From NCBI GenBank assembly GCA_002245135.1, contig NGBS01000892.1, positions 62,001 to 103,190 on the forward strand: DNA of 41,190 nucleotides, given 5' to 3'. The stretch comes from Proteromonas lacertae. Taxonomy: Eukaryota. Every line of letters starts with the position of its first letter. Position 1 is the first letter of the stretch. This document shows, piece after piece, positions 13,442 to 27,546 of the stretch. Under the pieces are notes generated by a model, which ran no database searches, was not told the origin of the DNA, and saw nothing but the letters and a program-made list of their open reading frames with translations. Both the position numbers and the translations under genes were made by a program.

Positions 13442-13897
13442 CTTAAACTTTTGTTTATATTAGGAATAGAAGGAGAAAAAAATTCACTATTCAAAATTAA
13501 GAAACGCATATATTTTCATAATTCTAAAAATTCATGAAAATGAATTATCTACTCATCATTCACTAGTAATAAACGCTACTATACCATCTCGTTATTATTC
13601 AAACCATTATAACTTCAAAAGTCATTTGTTCACAAAATACTCTACAACTACAGTCATAATACTATATACTGTTAATTTCTTCTTAGGTACATGTTTACTC
13701 ACATTTTCTATCATTTATATAGATTATTCAAAATTTAGATTTTGTTGAAATAATCTACATCCTTACTATAGCATATGTAATTTCAATTATTACAATTTTA
13801 TATTCTTTCATTTATCGAATAAACATGAAAGATATGAAGAATATTGGATTAAGCCTCACCTTTTATATTTATTTATTTTAATTGACAGTGTGTATGA

Positions 13898-15084
13898 ATG
13901 AGTGTGAAAACAGGAGGAAAATTAATATTGACTGGATCTTTAATAAATAGAGGAAGAAATACAACATTATCAGCTGATCTTTTGAATGAGTTTAATTGTT
14001 ATCAGTTAATAACCTCCAGACCATCTAAATTAACACAAGTAGTTAAGACTATAAAAGTAAAGGAATGTAGAAATGATAAGCTTGAATCATCCACAGTAGA
14101 AACTTCAAGTAGCGGTTCTATTACTTATTCCATGTTAAGCAATCCTTTATCTGTGCATAGTAGATTATTATCTGTTAGTTTAAGTAATATTAGGCCAACA
14201 GTATATAATAGTTCTATATTTGAATATAGAAATTATCAGAGATGAGATTAGATTTAATTATTAAATTACAGTCTGTTGTAAGAAGATATTTAGTTAATCG
14301 AGTGTATTGTGTTAGAGATGTGAATAGAAAGAATAGTTTACATGCAATGGTTAGTGATATATTATCAGCAAAAGGTAAAAATGGATTTTCAATAAACCTT
14401 CAATATCATAGTTATAGAATAATTACGAAATATGCATATAGTGATTTAGATGTAATGGTAAAAATGATTAAAAATCCATCCGTATTATTGATAGTTGTAT
14501 TTATATGAATAAATAGTCTTCACCGTTGTTGATTAGTAATATTTTATTAATTTTATTTAACTGTATATCCACAAACGATGATCATATTGTAGAAAAGGAA
14601 TTCTGTATATTAGTTCGTGATATATTGCATATTACATTTTCCACATCAGATATTCTTTGTATTTAGTTTATTTACTTGTTTTTAAATAGCATTGCAGAAT
14701 ACATCTGAATTGCCAATATTACCTGTAACATTTGATGGTTTGTTAGAATGGTTTATGACTTACAAAGCAAAACATCCATTTAAAAAGCAAAATAAGTTGA
14801 GAATGTTTTTTGATTCGTTTAGTAAAAATGATATTCCTGTATCATTCATAATGAAGTTAATGGAATCTAGATCAATGTTTTACGACTTGGTGTTTAATAT
14901 TCACAAATTTGAACAAGCTAATAAACAGTTGACATGTTATATATGTGGACAGCATTTTGTTTATCCATATTATTATGTAAAACACGTTGTAATTTGTAAG
15001 AAATTGTCAAATAATGGTGGTGATAATAATATACATAGAAAACATCATCATCACCATAGACATCATAAGCATAGTAAGAAGTAA
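13898..15084 (+). CDS. IQ-motif + C-terminal C2HC zinc-finger protein (paralog B), 3 introns
   Basis: Splicing joins ORFs 13898, 14242 and 14692. Contains IIKLQSVVRRYLVNR and CYICGQHFVYPYYYVKHVVICK (zf-C2HC_2-like), with a His-rich tail. Confidence 0.75.
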
Positions 15085-15168
15085 ATAGTATTAAGTCATT
15101 TATAATGAATTTTGGTGTTTTTATTGTTAATACAAAGTAATACACATAAATACACGTATTTGAATAAA

Positions 15169-16926
15169 ATGGGAATTAGAGGATTATATAAGGTTATTAA
15201 GAGTAATTTCAATTATTTAGAAGAAAATATAGAAGTAAATGATGAGTATGATTAATAAATGTTTTTATTTATTAGCATTTTGATTTATGTTGATGCTTAT
15301 AATGTGTTATTTGAAATACTAAAATCCAAGGGATATTATCATAGTGATATTAATGAGTTTATTCAATACTGTGAAGAATATTTAGATTTACTTGACCATG
15401 CAAACATCAAATCTGTCTGGTTCTTTGATGGTCCAGCAGATCTATCAAAAGCTGATACATTAATGGAAAGACAAAAGCAAAGATTTGATGAAGCACAAAA
15501 AGCATATAATTATCTAAAATCAGGAGGAGATATTTGTATATATAATATTAAATATATAGCATAATATAGATAATTTAAATCAGACTACATTATTTGATGT
15601 TTTACCACATTTGTTGAAGAAAAGAAATATTGAGTTAAAGATGTGTTCTTCAGAATGTGATGAGTATAATAATATGTTATTATTAATAGAATTCTTCTTC
15701 ATAATGCTTTAATTGATCAAGCATATATATTAAGTAATGATTCTGATTTTATAACCCATAAAAATATCAAAGGAGTAATAAGAATTGACAGTTTTTATAG
15801 ATATGAAGATAAATTGTATTTCAAAGTAATGAATCATGATAAATTACTGAGTTTACTTGGAATAGATGAAGAAATGTTTGTTATATTAATATATTTGCAA
15901 GGTAATGATTATGTAAAATGTCCAAAATATATTATTGATTATATAGTTGAAAGTTGTACAGGTTATTCGACAAAAGTTTATCCAACAGTTCAATTAAACT
16001 CTGTGTATCTTCAAAAAATGTCTCAAATGTATAGAAAAGATAAAACTAGTTATAAAAGTAATTGGGAATATGTTTTATCACCATCTAAAAGAACAAAAGA
16101 AATCCAACAAATAAAAAATGATATTCAATCAATAAAAGACATTTTTGAATCAATTAAAACAAGAAATATTGAAGATAATGATGTATTTTCAAAACAAGAA
16201 ATTCCTAGAGATGTTATATGTTTGTGTAAGTATCAAAAACTATATGAATGTGCAACAATATCAATTGTATTGAATTATGAATATAAGAATGTATATGAAA
16301 AGATTTATGATTTTATATTCACACTATTATCAAAGCCAAATGAGAAATATAAGTTAATATCAAACATATCAAAACAAAGGAATTATCAGAATCAGTTGAA
16401 ATTATTAATTAATGTAAAGACTGAAGCATATACAATAGAAAGAATACATGAATTGAAATACAGTGAAAATATTAATTATATAAAATTGTTACAATTATTC
16501 TTTAAAATTGATTTATCTTCAGTTCCAAAAGAAAAGTATTTCTATATTTTAGTGTTAAAGTTTCTAATTAAGTTTAACAGTGTAAAGTATTTTGATACTG
16601 CTTTAATGTTATGTTTGACTTGTCCAAATATTGAATTAGTAAATGTGAAAGGAAGTGATAATAATATAGTATTAGGTAATATAAAAATGGCTGAAATTGT
16701 TAGAATTCATTTGGATTTACAAAGTCTTTCAAAAGTTGTAATTGATTTATTATGGTTTATGAATATACCATATAAATATGATTTAGATTATATGAAAAGA
16801 ATCTCAAGATGTTATATAATTCATTTTATAACAGTTTTGGAAAAAAGACCAATATCTTCAATTTTATCAACACAAGAAAAGGAATGGAAAGATAATTATG
16901 AAAGTTTAGAAGTATTTGTGAAATAA
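15169..16926 (+). CDS. Asteroid/XPG-family PIN-domain nuclease-like protein
   Basis: Motifs MGIRGL..., YVDAYN, WFFDG, ECDE, ILSNDSDF and QGNDY match the FEN1/XPG-like N and I regions. Three short introns. Confidence 0.8.
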
Positions 16927-17028
16927 TTATTTAATATAATTTATGAAAAAGTGTTTTTAACCTCACAACACACACATAAAAATAAAAATTATAAATATTC
17001 ATTAACAAATACAAAATGTATATATATA

Positions 17029-19317
17029 CTATGTAGGAGGATTGTCATTCTTTAAATTATTACTGTCATTATGATTTCTGTAATTCACACTATTATTAGC
17101 AACCTTTATACTCTTCATCGTCTTATTTGTACCAGAAGTAAATGCAGCAACACTAAATTCAGTTGCTAGTGTAGCATATCCATAAGCCATACATCCTTCA
17201 TTAGTTGCACATGTTGCTGGAATATAAACATTATTTCTACTCATTGTATCAGTATCATTTGTCTCAAATTGATTATTGTTTTTATTTATTCCATTAAATT
17301 TAGGCAGTAATCCAACACCTCCTGCTGGTAAACCACCATTTACAACTCCACTAGGTGTAGCTTGATTATTACTCTCAATTCTATTCTTCAAATCAACCTT
17401 ATAACCACCAAATATTGTAGGAATATCTTCCAATTGAAAACAACTATTTGGATTAGTAATTCTTCCTCTACTCATTGGATATGAAAATCCAGTTTCAGCA
17501 TCAGTAACAGCATTTTCACATATTCTTATTCTAATAGAATATTGTAATGATTTATGAAAATCAGCATATTCTTCTAACCAACTATAAGGTTCTTCCATAT
17601 ATTCAGCTTGTGGTGATTTTAAAAACCAAGGAAAGTGATTCTCTAATTGACTATATACTATCATTGAAGCTTTATCTAACACTTCTGATCCATTCACATT
17701 CTCACTTGGATTGTCATAATACTTTATAATGGCTGCTTTAACCTCATTTGGAAGTAAAACTATTGGTTTTGTTGCATTTGCTGAGATATAAGTTGGAATC
17801 AATTTAGATAACATTGGATGAATCCTATCAACATGATTTGTACTGAATTTCTTAAACAATTGATAATCTTCCCAGAAACTAAGTAAATTATCAAGTTTAT
17901 CTTTCGCTAAATACATTCTAAAGCATTCTCTATATACATCATCAGTCAAAATATGTGTAGCTAACTTTGGTCTTAAATTTTCTTTCTTAACATCATTTCC
18001 TAAAGAATAATAAATAAAGAGTGAAAAGATATGAGATATTGTAATTAACAATGCTAAATATATTCTGTTTGGTCCAATAAAGTATTCTTTTGATAAAACT
18101 ATCGCTGTAATGTAATAGGTAATCATTAAACAGGATAAGACTATTCTCCATATTTGATATAAATATAAAGAACTTGACTTACTGATAATATTGTACAAAG
18201 TGTAATAATGAATAGTAAACACTTTAATAATTAACTATTCAAACAGAAATATAATATATAATTATACAGGTAATATGTAAATAAAGAGAGATGGATTATT
18301 ATCACAAAATGACAATGTATAATTCAATCCACTTAATAAATCAACACTTCTACCATATTCATAATAATAAACATATCCAATAACAATTAAACTATATAAA
18401 TATAATAATATATTATATACATAATCTGTAGTGTTAGAATAATAGCCATTCTTAATGCTAAAAACAATATATTATTCTTTATGACCAACTCCTTTTTATC
18501 TTCATAATACATATATTGAGCCAATGAAATTGCAGATGCTGCATGAATTCCATGAGATATTCCGCCAAGAAATATTACCGTTACACAATAACTATTACTA
18601 TTAGAAAATGATAGTAATCCTTCATATAATGAGATTAATAAAATTCCTAATATGTAGGAAACTATGTATTGTGGTGGTAAATATTGTTTGTACATGTCAA
18701 AATGTTTGTAAGAAAAATAAATAACCACAAACCAGAGAATGGCTAATAATCCACACATTATTAATTCTATTATGGATGCTAGTTTCATCATACTCTTTTT
18801 GTCTATGAATAAATTAATATAAAATGATATAAATACAACATTTAACTATCTCATTATGTGGTAGTTTTGTTTCTTTACATTTAACAGTTTCTTTGTATTT
18901 ATAAGATACTAACATGTTAGAATTATCATCACAATTACCTTCTGCTATCTCTATATCATCTGTGGTACAAAATCTGAAATCATTTACTATTTTTATTGAT
19001 AACACCTTACTATCTTCAGGATTTAATTGATCATAACAATATATGGGAATAATTTCGTCATGTAGGGTAAGATCAACGTTGTTGAGAAAAATAGTAAAGT
19101 ACTGCAGTGCACCTGGTAGTACAGTAAATACTTGTTTGTCTGATGAAAAATAAGAGCTTTTAGGTATATAAACTGCAGAATTGGTCAATCCTGTGTTTGA
19201 AATACTAAACTGGTATTTATTACTGTGAGTCTCATTTAATTTTATTTCTTTCTTATCAATATTACACTCCAGACAATAAGATAAAGAAATGATGAATATA
19301 AAAAAATAAAAATTCAT
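17029..19317 (-). CDS. 7TM-RGS protein: signal peptide, Cys-containing ectodomain, seven TM helices, RGS-like domain
   Basis: Three introns join ORFs 18814-19317 and 18387-18791, a small exon, and 17029-18222. Seven hydrophobic segments were counted. RGS box: ILTDDVYRECFRMYLAKDKLDNLLSFWEDYQLFKK...LENHFPWFLKSP. Confidence 0.8.
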
Positions 19318-19546
19318 AACGATTTAAAAACGGCTATATTAAAAAACACAATAATATCAATATAATTAGAGATAGAAATGATTTCATGTATTGTAATATT
19401 TTTGAGATTATAAGCAATTGAATTACATCAAAATTGCATTTGCCTTCAAGAATTTAATAAGATATTTACATCTAAATCTTTCAGTTCAACAATTTTTATA
19501 TAACAAAGCAATATACTGCATATAAATTAAATTAAATTCATATAAT

Positions 19547-20798
19547 CTAAGAAAAATTATCTTTGGATTGTTTAATCTCAGTATCTACTTTAGACTTTAT
19601 CTCATTAATACTTTTCTCGATATTTTCTAACTCTTTGTTCGTTTCTTCCATTAATTTATTCATTCTATTTATCTCCTCTTCCATTTTATCTTTCTTTTCA
19701 TCACTCTCATCTATCAACTCTTCTTTTCTTCTTAAATCAAGTAAACGTCCTTCAATACTATCAATAATCTCTATTTTTATTGAACTATCATTATTTCTAT
19801 CATGATTTGGACTTAAATTATGACTATTTGATATATAATCATTAAATTCTCCTGTTGATCCAAGTGATGGAGAGTATGGATAATCGTTTGAACCAATTGA
19901 TGCAAAAGAATCACTTCCAAGTCTGTAAGGTAATAATTCTTTCAACTTTGAATTATCTTCTTCCATTTCAGCTAATTGATTGCTTAAATCTATAATTATA
20001 TCTTCATTTTTTTCCAACTCTTTTTCTCTTTCTTTCAATTGATTGGATATTTCTACCATTCGTTTTGTTAATTCTTCCATTTTGTTTAAATCAACTTCAT
20101 TAGATAACATATCCATCATTTCTTCTATTTTATTTTCTATAAATGCTTGATATTCATTATGGTGTTTTTCTATTAAATTAATCCTTTCAATATTTTTAAT
20201 TTCATTTGATAGTATGTTTATCTCTTTTTCTTTTGCTATTAATTCTCTTTTATATCTTTCATTCTCTTCTTTGATCTTATTGTTTTCATTTAGTAAATTT
20301 GTATAATTTGTATTTAAAGTGTTATCTAGTGATTTACAATCATTCAAATTTGATATTGTTTCTTCCAAATTACTTCTTTCACTTTCAATTTCTTCAATAT
20401 ATTTTTGATATTGTTGTACTTGACATACTAATTCTCTTTTTTCATTTTCAATAACTTCAATCCTATAATTGAGTTTTTCTATTTGATCTATTAATGTTAT
20501 ATTTTTTGATAATGCATCAACATCATCATTTTTGTATTCATTTTCGATATCATTTGTATATTCTTCATCGTTATTGCTAAATAAACTAATCTGCTGCTCC
20601 AACATTTCACACTCTTTACATTTTTGTTGATACATCCAGTCCAACTTATTTAATTCGTATTTCAGTACCGTACTATCGTATTCTTCATAATTATCTTCTA
20701 TTGAATTCTATATACACTTAAAGTGATAAATATACAACATATTCCGAAATTTCCTTTGAATTTGTTTCCTTATTTGCTATTGATTCATTTTCATTCAT
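19547..20798 (-). CDS. Coiled-coil protein, function unknown
   Basis: E/K/N/L-rich heptad ORF. An upstream exon MNENESIANKETNSKEISEYV joins through a 28-nt intron. Confidence 0.7.
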
Positions 20799-21231
20799 TT
20801 ATAGCTCAATATTATTAAAGAATAATGACGAAATTTAAATTACTGAAACAAACACGTTTGATAATCTATTTTGAATAATTCTTGTATTATGATTTATTAC
20901 AAAAAATAGAGTAGATATAAACAGAAAATGATATAATTCACATGTAATAATATTAAAAATAATGTAATCTAAGAATAAAATATATTTCGATAATTTAAGC
21001 TAGTAATCTACTTAGTAAGATCATTCTAATGTATTCTAAAGGTTAATTATGTTATTTACTCTTATAAATATTTACTATTCTTTTAATTGCAATATTCTTA
21101 AAATCAAACGACATTTGAGGAAATAAGAATAAAATAAAGGAGATAATGTATTATAATATGGTTTTTATTGTATTTCTTTTGAAAAAACTAACAATTTTAT
21201 CATTACAATTTAAAATACACATATATATCAT

Positions 21232-22727
21232 TTAAAATATTAAAATATAAGAAAAATTAAACAGAATAAATGGAATTGTGATTAACATCAGTACAATACC
21301 AATTACAAGTGTTACTATACTTAACCATTTATATTCAACATTTGGACATTTGTAATACAGCAATGAAGGAAAGATAAATCTATAAATTAATAAACATTTA
21401 TTTATACATAATTAGAATAGCAACTGTTGATCCAATCAATTCACATAATATCAAAATATTAGAAACAAAAGAACCAACAACTACAACAAACCCATTGAAG
21501 AACATAATTGAACATAGTTGAACAGAAAATGAAGCAGATTCAACAGATAATAAATGATAAAGACTTGATAAAGCAGGATATACATACAAAGGAATAACAA
21601 ATAATACAACAATAAAGAACAACTATATATATATATATATAAACATAAATAAATAAATATACTAAAATTGGTATAACAGAAGTGTCAGTATCACTATCAT
21701 CTAAATCCTCTAAAATATTGGACTTTACGTTATTATCAAATATCCAAAATCCACATATACCAACAATACAATCTAATAATATACAAAATGTAGTTGACAT
21801 GAAATTAACGATATTTAACCGTGTTTGTTGCATCATATATGTTTTCTTACGAACTGGATAATTAATATCGATTTGGTGGGTTATTACTGGTAGATATACT
21901 TGATAAACTATTTATTAAAAATAACAATTAAATATATATATATATATATATATATACTACATAAAAAACAAAACACTGGTAATGACAATATATAATCTTT
22001 TAATGAAAGTGGTATTGTATTTAATATCTGATTAGAAGGATGCAATATTGCTTCTTTTATAAGTATAATTAGAATTAATATTATAAATAGAGAAGTTACA
22101 ATACACATATAAATATATGAATATCTGTGAACTAATGTTTTAATAACTGAAGTGAATGTCAAAAATATGAATAAGCACGGCGCTATTACCTATTTAACAA
22201 AAATAATATAATATTTTTTATACATATATGTGACTGTGTGTGTTAAACGATACATAAAGAAATGAATATACATACTGTCTCAAAGACGTTAGAAATGTGA
22301 CACATATACCAAAATTGTATATTATAAACACTATATCAATCATATTCTCAAACGCTTGGTTGTATATGATTGATCCAAGAGATGAAAATGAGTCTGCTTT
22401 TGTTTCATCAATAATTCTCTTTATAAAGAAACATGTGATTGTTGACAATCCAAATATCATAAAAAATGTGAGTATAGCTATTATAATTCCACTAAAAGAC
22501 ATCGTTATTGGAGTTGAAAGGATAGCAGGTGATAAAATTGAGTAAGATATTGACATTATTGATAATTTGAATGTTAAAGAATTACTAGCAAATGGACTAG
22601 GTAGTTGAGCTAAATCACTCTCTGTCTCAGTAAGAGTTAGGACATTTCTTATAGAATCATTGTCAGTAATGTGTAAATAACCAATTGGAGATATAAAAAA
22701 GTCATCTTCCTCAAGAATTTCATCCAT
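21232..22727 (-). CDS. Amino-acid transporter (Aa_trans / SLC38-like)
   Basis: Multiple TM segments with family-like motifs after splicing: ILSTPITMSFSGII, VGICGFWIFDNNVKSNILEDL, LIGSTVAILI.FIFPSLLYYK. The start codon is uncertain. Confidence 0.8.
21932..21956. repeat. (AT)n microsatellite inside a transporter intron
   Basis: Direct reading. A shorter run lies at ~21623-21641 in the next intron. Confidence 0.9.
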
Positions 22728-22735
22728 AATCAAAA

Positions 22736-22753
22736 AGTTTCTACGTAGAAACT
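22736..22753. repeat. Perfect 18-bp palindrome AGTTTCTACGTAGAAACT
   Basis: Direct reading. It lies just upstream of the putative transporter ATG at 22727. Confidence 0.85.
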
Positions 22754-22848
22754 GTTCCTTTTTTGTTATTTTTCTAGTTATCTAGCAATCCAAACAAGTA
22801 TTATTAATAATCAAATTATAATAGATTATAATAAATATCATAAATTAA

Positions 22849-24226
22849 CTAAGCATCTACATAAGAAGGCTGATTACTTACATTTCCTTCATTAATAATT
22901 TTTGAATTACTAACTTTTCTCTTTACAGTAATCTGTTGGGGAGTAAATGATATATGGTTAGAATCATCATTTTTATCAGGAGTTCTAATAGTATGTAAAG
23001 ATCCGCCCCTTGTACGTCTACTACGTCTTACATCTTTCAATATTGAACCAGATCTAGTTATATTATACGAGGTAGCTATTATTAGAGATGGTGAAGAATT
23101 TGAATAATCCTGGGATAGATTGTTATTCAATACGGATGGTTTTGTCGGTGTTGTTTTACCTGAAGCATATTGATTACTTATCGAAAGACAATATTCAACA
23201 AAATAATTATTGATTTTGTTACTAAGATCATCAGGAGAAACTACTCTTAAATACCTTAGTAAAAATGGATGTAAATTAGTGATATTGGTAGTAGTAAAAT
23301 TAGGATTATATTTTTCTATTACTTTATATACAATGGAGAGGTAAGAAAATTTAAATCATCTTCATCACATTCATAATCATATCTATAACGATGAGGATGA
23401 TTTAAAAGAACTGAACCAATCGCTTTTTTACAACTTTGTTTTGGAAATGCATTATTATGGGTCATTTTATAAAATCTAATGGATTTAATATTCTTTCTTC
23501 TATCTAATATAGAAATAATCTCAGAATCTTTAAAAATAAAATTTCGAAGTGATTGTCTCACTTTAAATATTGGTTCCCATACAATCCATGATTTTGTGAC
23601 TAATGAATAAAACTTAGAAATGTTGATTTTATTATCGTGATCTCTATGAATTATACTTAATTATAAATTAATACAAATCTGAAATGTTAAATAAAACTGT
23701 TACAGTTTCTTCACTACAGTATCTGTTTAATATTTGTTCTAAAAGATTCAATATATCTTCTAAAGATATAAGGACAGAGTTACTGTTAAAAGAATGAATT
23801 AAATAATAAAAAAGGACAGTAGTTGGACTAAATACGAATACTATTACAAACTGAAAAAATGTATTCCAGTCTAATGTTCTTGCATCTATACATAATTAAT
23901 AAAAAGATATAAAAATGCAATACTTCCTTTAGAAAAAAAGTGAAAATACAGAGGATATGCATGAGTTCTGATTTTATTCCCAAACAATGTTGGTATATAC
24001 TTCATTATGATGAAATCTCTGTATAATAATAATGTATGTTTTATACTGCTTAATTGAAATATAAGCACATCTAATCAGGTTTATTTCTTGGTTGTTTACT
24101 ACAAATAAAGCAATAGAGTGTACAAAAGAAAAATGATGCTAAATCGAATGAAATATCATCCAAATCATTCTTATCCAATGCATCTGATTTGGTCGCATCA
24201 CGAGTATTTTCATTCGGCTTATTCAT
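22849..24226 (-). CDS. EF-hand-like protein (paralog 1) with apparent -1 frameshift near 23345
   Basis: Spliced reading gives LDWNTFFQFVIVFVFSPT...SDLDHDNKINISKFYSLVTKSW, similar to the gene at 37649-39033. Similarity continues in a different frame after ~23340. Confidence 0.6.
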
Positions 24227-24934
24227 TCACTATGAGTAATTAATTCATTTTTCAAATTCAAACTATTACTCAAGCCTTCTTCTTCATTTCTGTTATACAG
24301 TTATAGAATAGCTGCAAAAAGCTTATATGAAAAATATTAGGGTTATGTGAACCATTGTTTTGGAATAAAGGTATAGATAAGGAGATAGAAGTGATATGAT
24401 GTAATTATATCTATTGCTTTTCATATATGTGGTATTATTTTAGTTTAAATATATAGTTATATGTCCTTACAGTTGGAAAACGGGTTATAGTTTACATGCC
24501 TGTCTAGTTAATGTAATTAAGGTTTATAATCACACCTCATTTAGTTATCTCATATTACATAAGTACATATATAGACAACCATTTTAATTGTCATATTTAT
24601 TACTGAGTATATCTAAGAGGGTGACTAAAATCCATTATATATTATATCTGCATTAGACTATCTATATAATTAGCACTATGGTTGCATTCATTATATTTTT
24701 GCTCAATTTTAATGCTTATTATATAGCCTCTAATGCAGTCCAAAAACGTGAAATACTTGCTGCCTTTGCTATAATATGGTAATAATTTTAAATTACTTAA
24801 ATATATTCACATAAATATTTGTTAATCCATGTTAGAAATGATATGATATAAAATAACGATCGAGCCATTAAATTGTATTCAAGCCTGTAGTATAGATTCA
24901 GCAAGATAATTGGCCAAAAATAATCATTTCAAAT

Positions 24935-25514
24935 ATGTATGCGATGTATGTTCGTATGGTTTTATATTTACTAGTTGTTCATCATGCAAATGTAGGCGCA
25001 ACATAACAGAGTTCGGTCGTTGGAAAAGAGGGTATTATCTTGTTGTTATACATTTAGACGTCTGAAGAAGACTTGCAATTTTTGTCTAGAGAAAAAGAAA
25101 AAAATCTGGGAAGAAAGAAAGAAAATGATGGAAGAATATAAGCAATCTGAAGTAGATGGTCAAATGGAGTATGTTGAAGGTAAAGAACACACCACTTATA
25201 CATACAATAGTTCCCAATACGAGAATAATAGTATTCAAGAAATAAATAGCTGTAGTTTGTCAAAAACCGAAAATTGTGTAAATAACCAGCTTCCCTTAAG
25301 GCCATATCCCATTTCTAATATTAGCAAAGATGAAACTATAGATTCCATAGCTGTACATAAGAAAATATTATCCCAGAGACAAAAATCAGTAATTTGGGTT
25401 TCAGTAGATAGAAGAAATAAGAGATGTATATATAATCCTGTTTATCGTTCATCTATATATGCTTCTCTTATCACACCGCTTCGAAAGATAGACCAGTCTG
25501 CTCAAATACAATAA
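24935..25514 (+). CDS. Small protein with N-terminal CxxC...CxxC zinc-ribbon-like motif
   Basis: Removing two short introns gives CSSCKCRRNITEFGRWKRGRLKKTCNFCLEKKKK, which runs into ORF 25020-25514. The start is uncertain. Confidence 0.55.
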
Positions 25515-25707
25515 TTAGTTATTTTTATAGATTCTAAGCTAGCTAGATATTTAATTAGAAAACATATTATCAGCTCTTTTAACTTATTTTATTTCATCTA
25601 ATAAATAAGAAATCTTCGTTGTAATAATAATGTATTTTGTTATTAATATAAACTAAATAAAAGAATAATAAGAATAATATAATTAAAGAAGAAAGTCTAA
25701 TATTTTT

Positions 25708-27546
25708 TTAATGTGGAATAGCTGTAAGTGCTTTATTAGCGAAGTATTTTACATCAGTATCGCTATCACTTGTCATATTCATCAAAACTGGTCTTATTTT
25801 AGATTCAATAATACTTTTATCTACATAGGAATACATAGCTTCAACTGTCTTTGAAATATTAAATCTGATGTTTGCAATTGGGTCAGTCACTAAACCAAGT
25901 ACCATTGGTAGCAATGTATTATGATTGAAATCTTTAGTCACGACGGTAGCTAACTGTCTAATAGCGCTTAATCCTGTCAATCTATATAAATAATTCTTTT
26001 CTTTCAATAATTCAACTAAGAATGGAATTACATGTATTTTGGCCCATCCTTCTCCAAATGTCTTTATTAATCTTGTTATATTGGAAATACCAGCTTCTCT
26101 AATAGCAAATACATTATCTCTCAACCAATTCAAACAGATGTTTGTTAAATCAGTTTCAAAGAATTTTTCACCTAGTTGTTCACCTAATGGTGGTATATAG
26201 TCAATAATTGCTAATCTAATTCTCCACTGTTGATCTTCAGCTAATCCTTTTATTGATGGTAATAATGTTTGTGATAATTTCTCTACACCAATCACCTGAC
26301 CTACATGGTCTAGTTTAGATAATATATTAAGTCTAACTTGACTGTTAGCATCTTTCAATAATGTCATAAACAAGGGAATTAAATAGTCTAAAGTTCTCTT
26401 TTCTTCAAGCTTGATACTCAAGCCCATTAAACTACTGGCTAATGCAGCTCTGACATGTTCATTTTCATCAGTGACAAGTTTTTGTGCAATTGGTATATAA
26501 ATCTTCATAATTTGTTCTGCATCTAAGTTATTGCATACAGCAGTTATATTAAAACAACTAGCAGTTCTTACTTCAGCTTCTTTATCAGAAATTAAGTTCT
26601 GATATAATTCATCAAGCTTATTTTGTGTAATTGTTTTACCAAATGTTTCGCATAAATCTGCCATCTTATTGGCTACTGAATATCTAATTCTCCAAGCCAT
26701 ATCTGTACCTAATTTCAAAACAACTGGTAAAATCTTCTCATTTCTCTCCTGTTCTTTCATTATTTTACCTAAACAAATACAATTGTCAATAGCTAATAAT
26801 TTCACACTATCTTGGTCATCTTCACTCAATGTCACAAATTTTGGATACATTATTGATTGTACAAGGTCAGGAGACACCACTTCTAATAATTTAGAGAAAT
26901 ATAATGCAGCAGAACGACGAACCATAGGTGTGCTATCTTTACAACAACTTTCATACAAAATTAAAACTTCTTTTTTCTTTCCATTGTCTTTTAAACGTTT
27001 GTATAATGTGTGGAATAAACCACAGGCGGAGATTCTGCTAGTAAACCAATCTCTCTTGGCTAAACGATCTACTAATGGTAAGAGATATTGTAAAATGTGT
27101 TCATCAGACATTTGATCGGATATTTTGACAATGGATGAGATGGCCATATCTCTAACTGTACTTTCTTCTACTGTGGCTAGCGATTCGAGTGGTACTAATA
27201 AATGATAGGCATTTTCTGGTCCTCCTACAAGTGGGACAAAATTGCCTAATCCTTCAGATAAAATTAATAATACTTCATCCTCATCATCGATTGAATCTAT
27301 AGAATAATAGCTTTGTGAGAAAAATACCATTAAGAAAGGGCAATAATTCGTTGATTGTTCTTTCTGGTCCTAATGCTTTTGCTATGAATATTAAAAATTA
27401 TATAATACCTATTACATCAAGACGTTTCATAGATTTCAATCTAAGTTGAACATCTTCATTCTTCAACTCATCTATAAGCAAAGCGATTGGATAGAGGTTG
27501 CCTTCATCGTCTATGGTATTAGATTGCTTGTAAGTATACCTGCCAT
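25708..27546 (-). CDS. PPP2R1A: Protein phosphatase 2A scaffold (A/PR65) subunit
   Basis: Contains [41 protein letters not shown] and WRIRLAII, with HEAT repeats. Three short 5' introns. Confidence 0.97.

Noticed and set aside
26669..27115. 148-aa plus-strand ORF, and similar antisense ORFs at 19563, 22297, 33185, 36099 and 37686
   Set aside because: Each lies antisense to a well-supported gene and has no motif.
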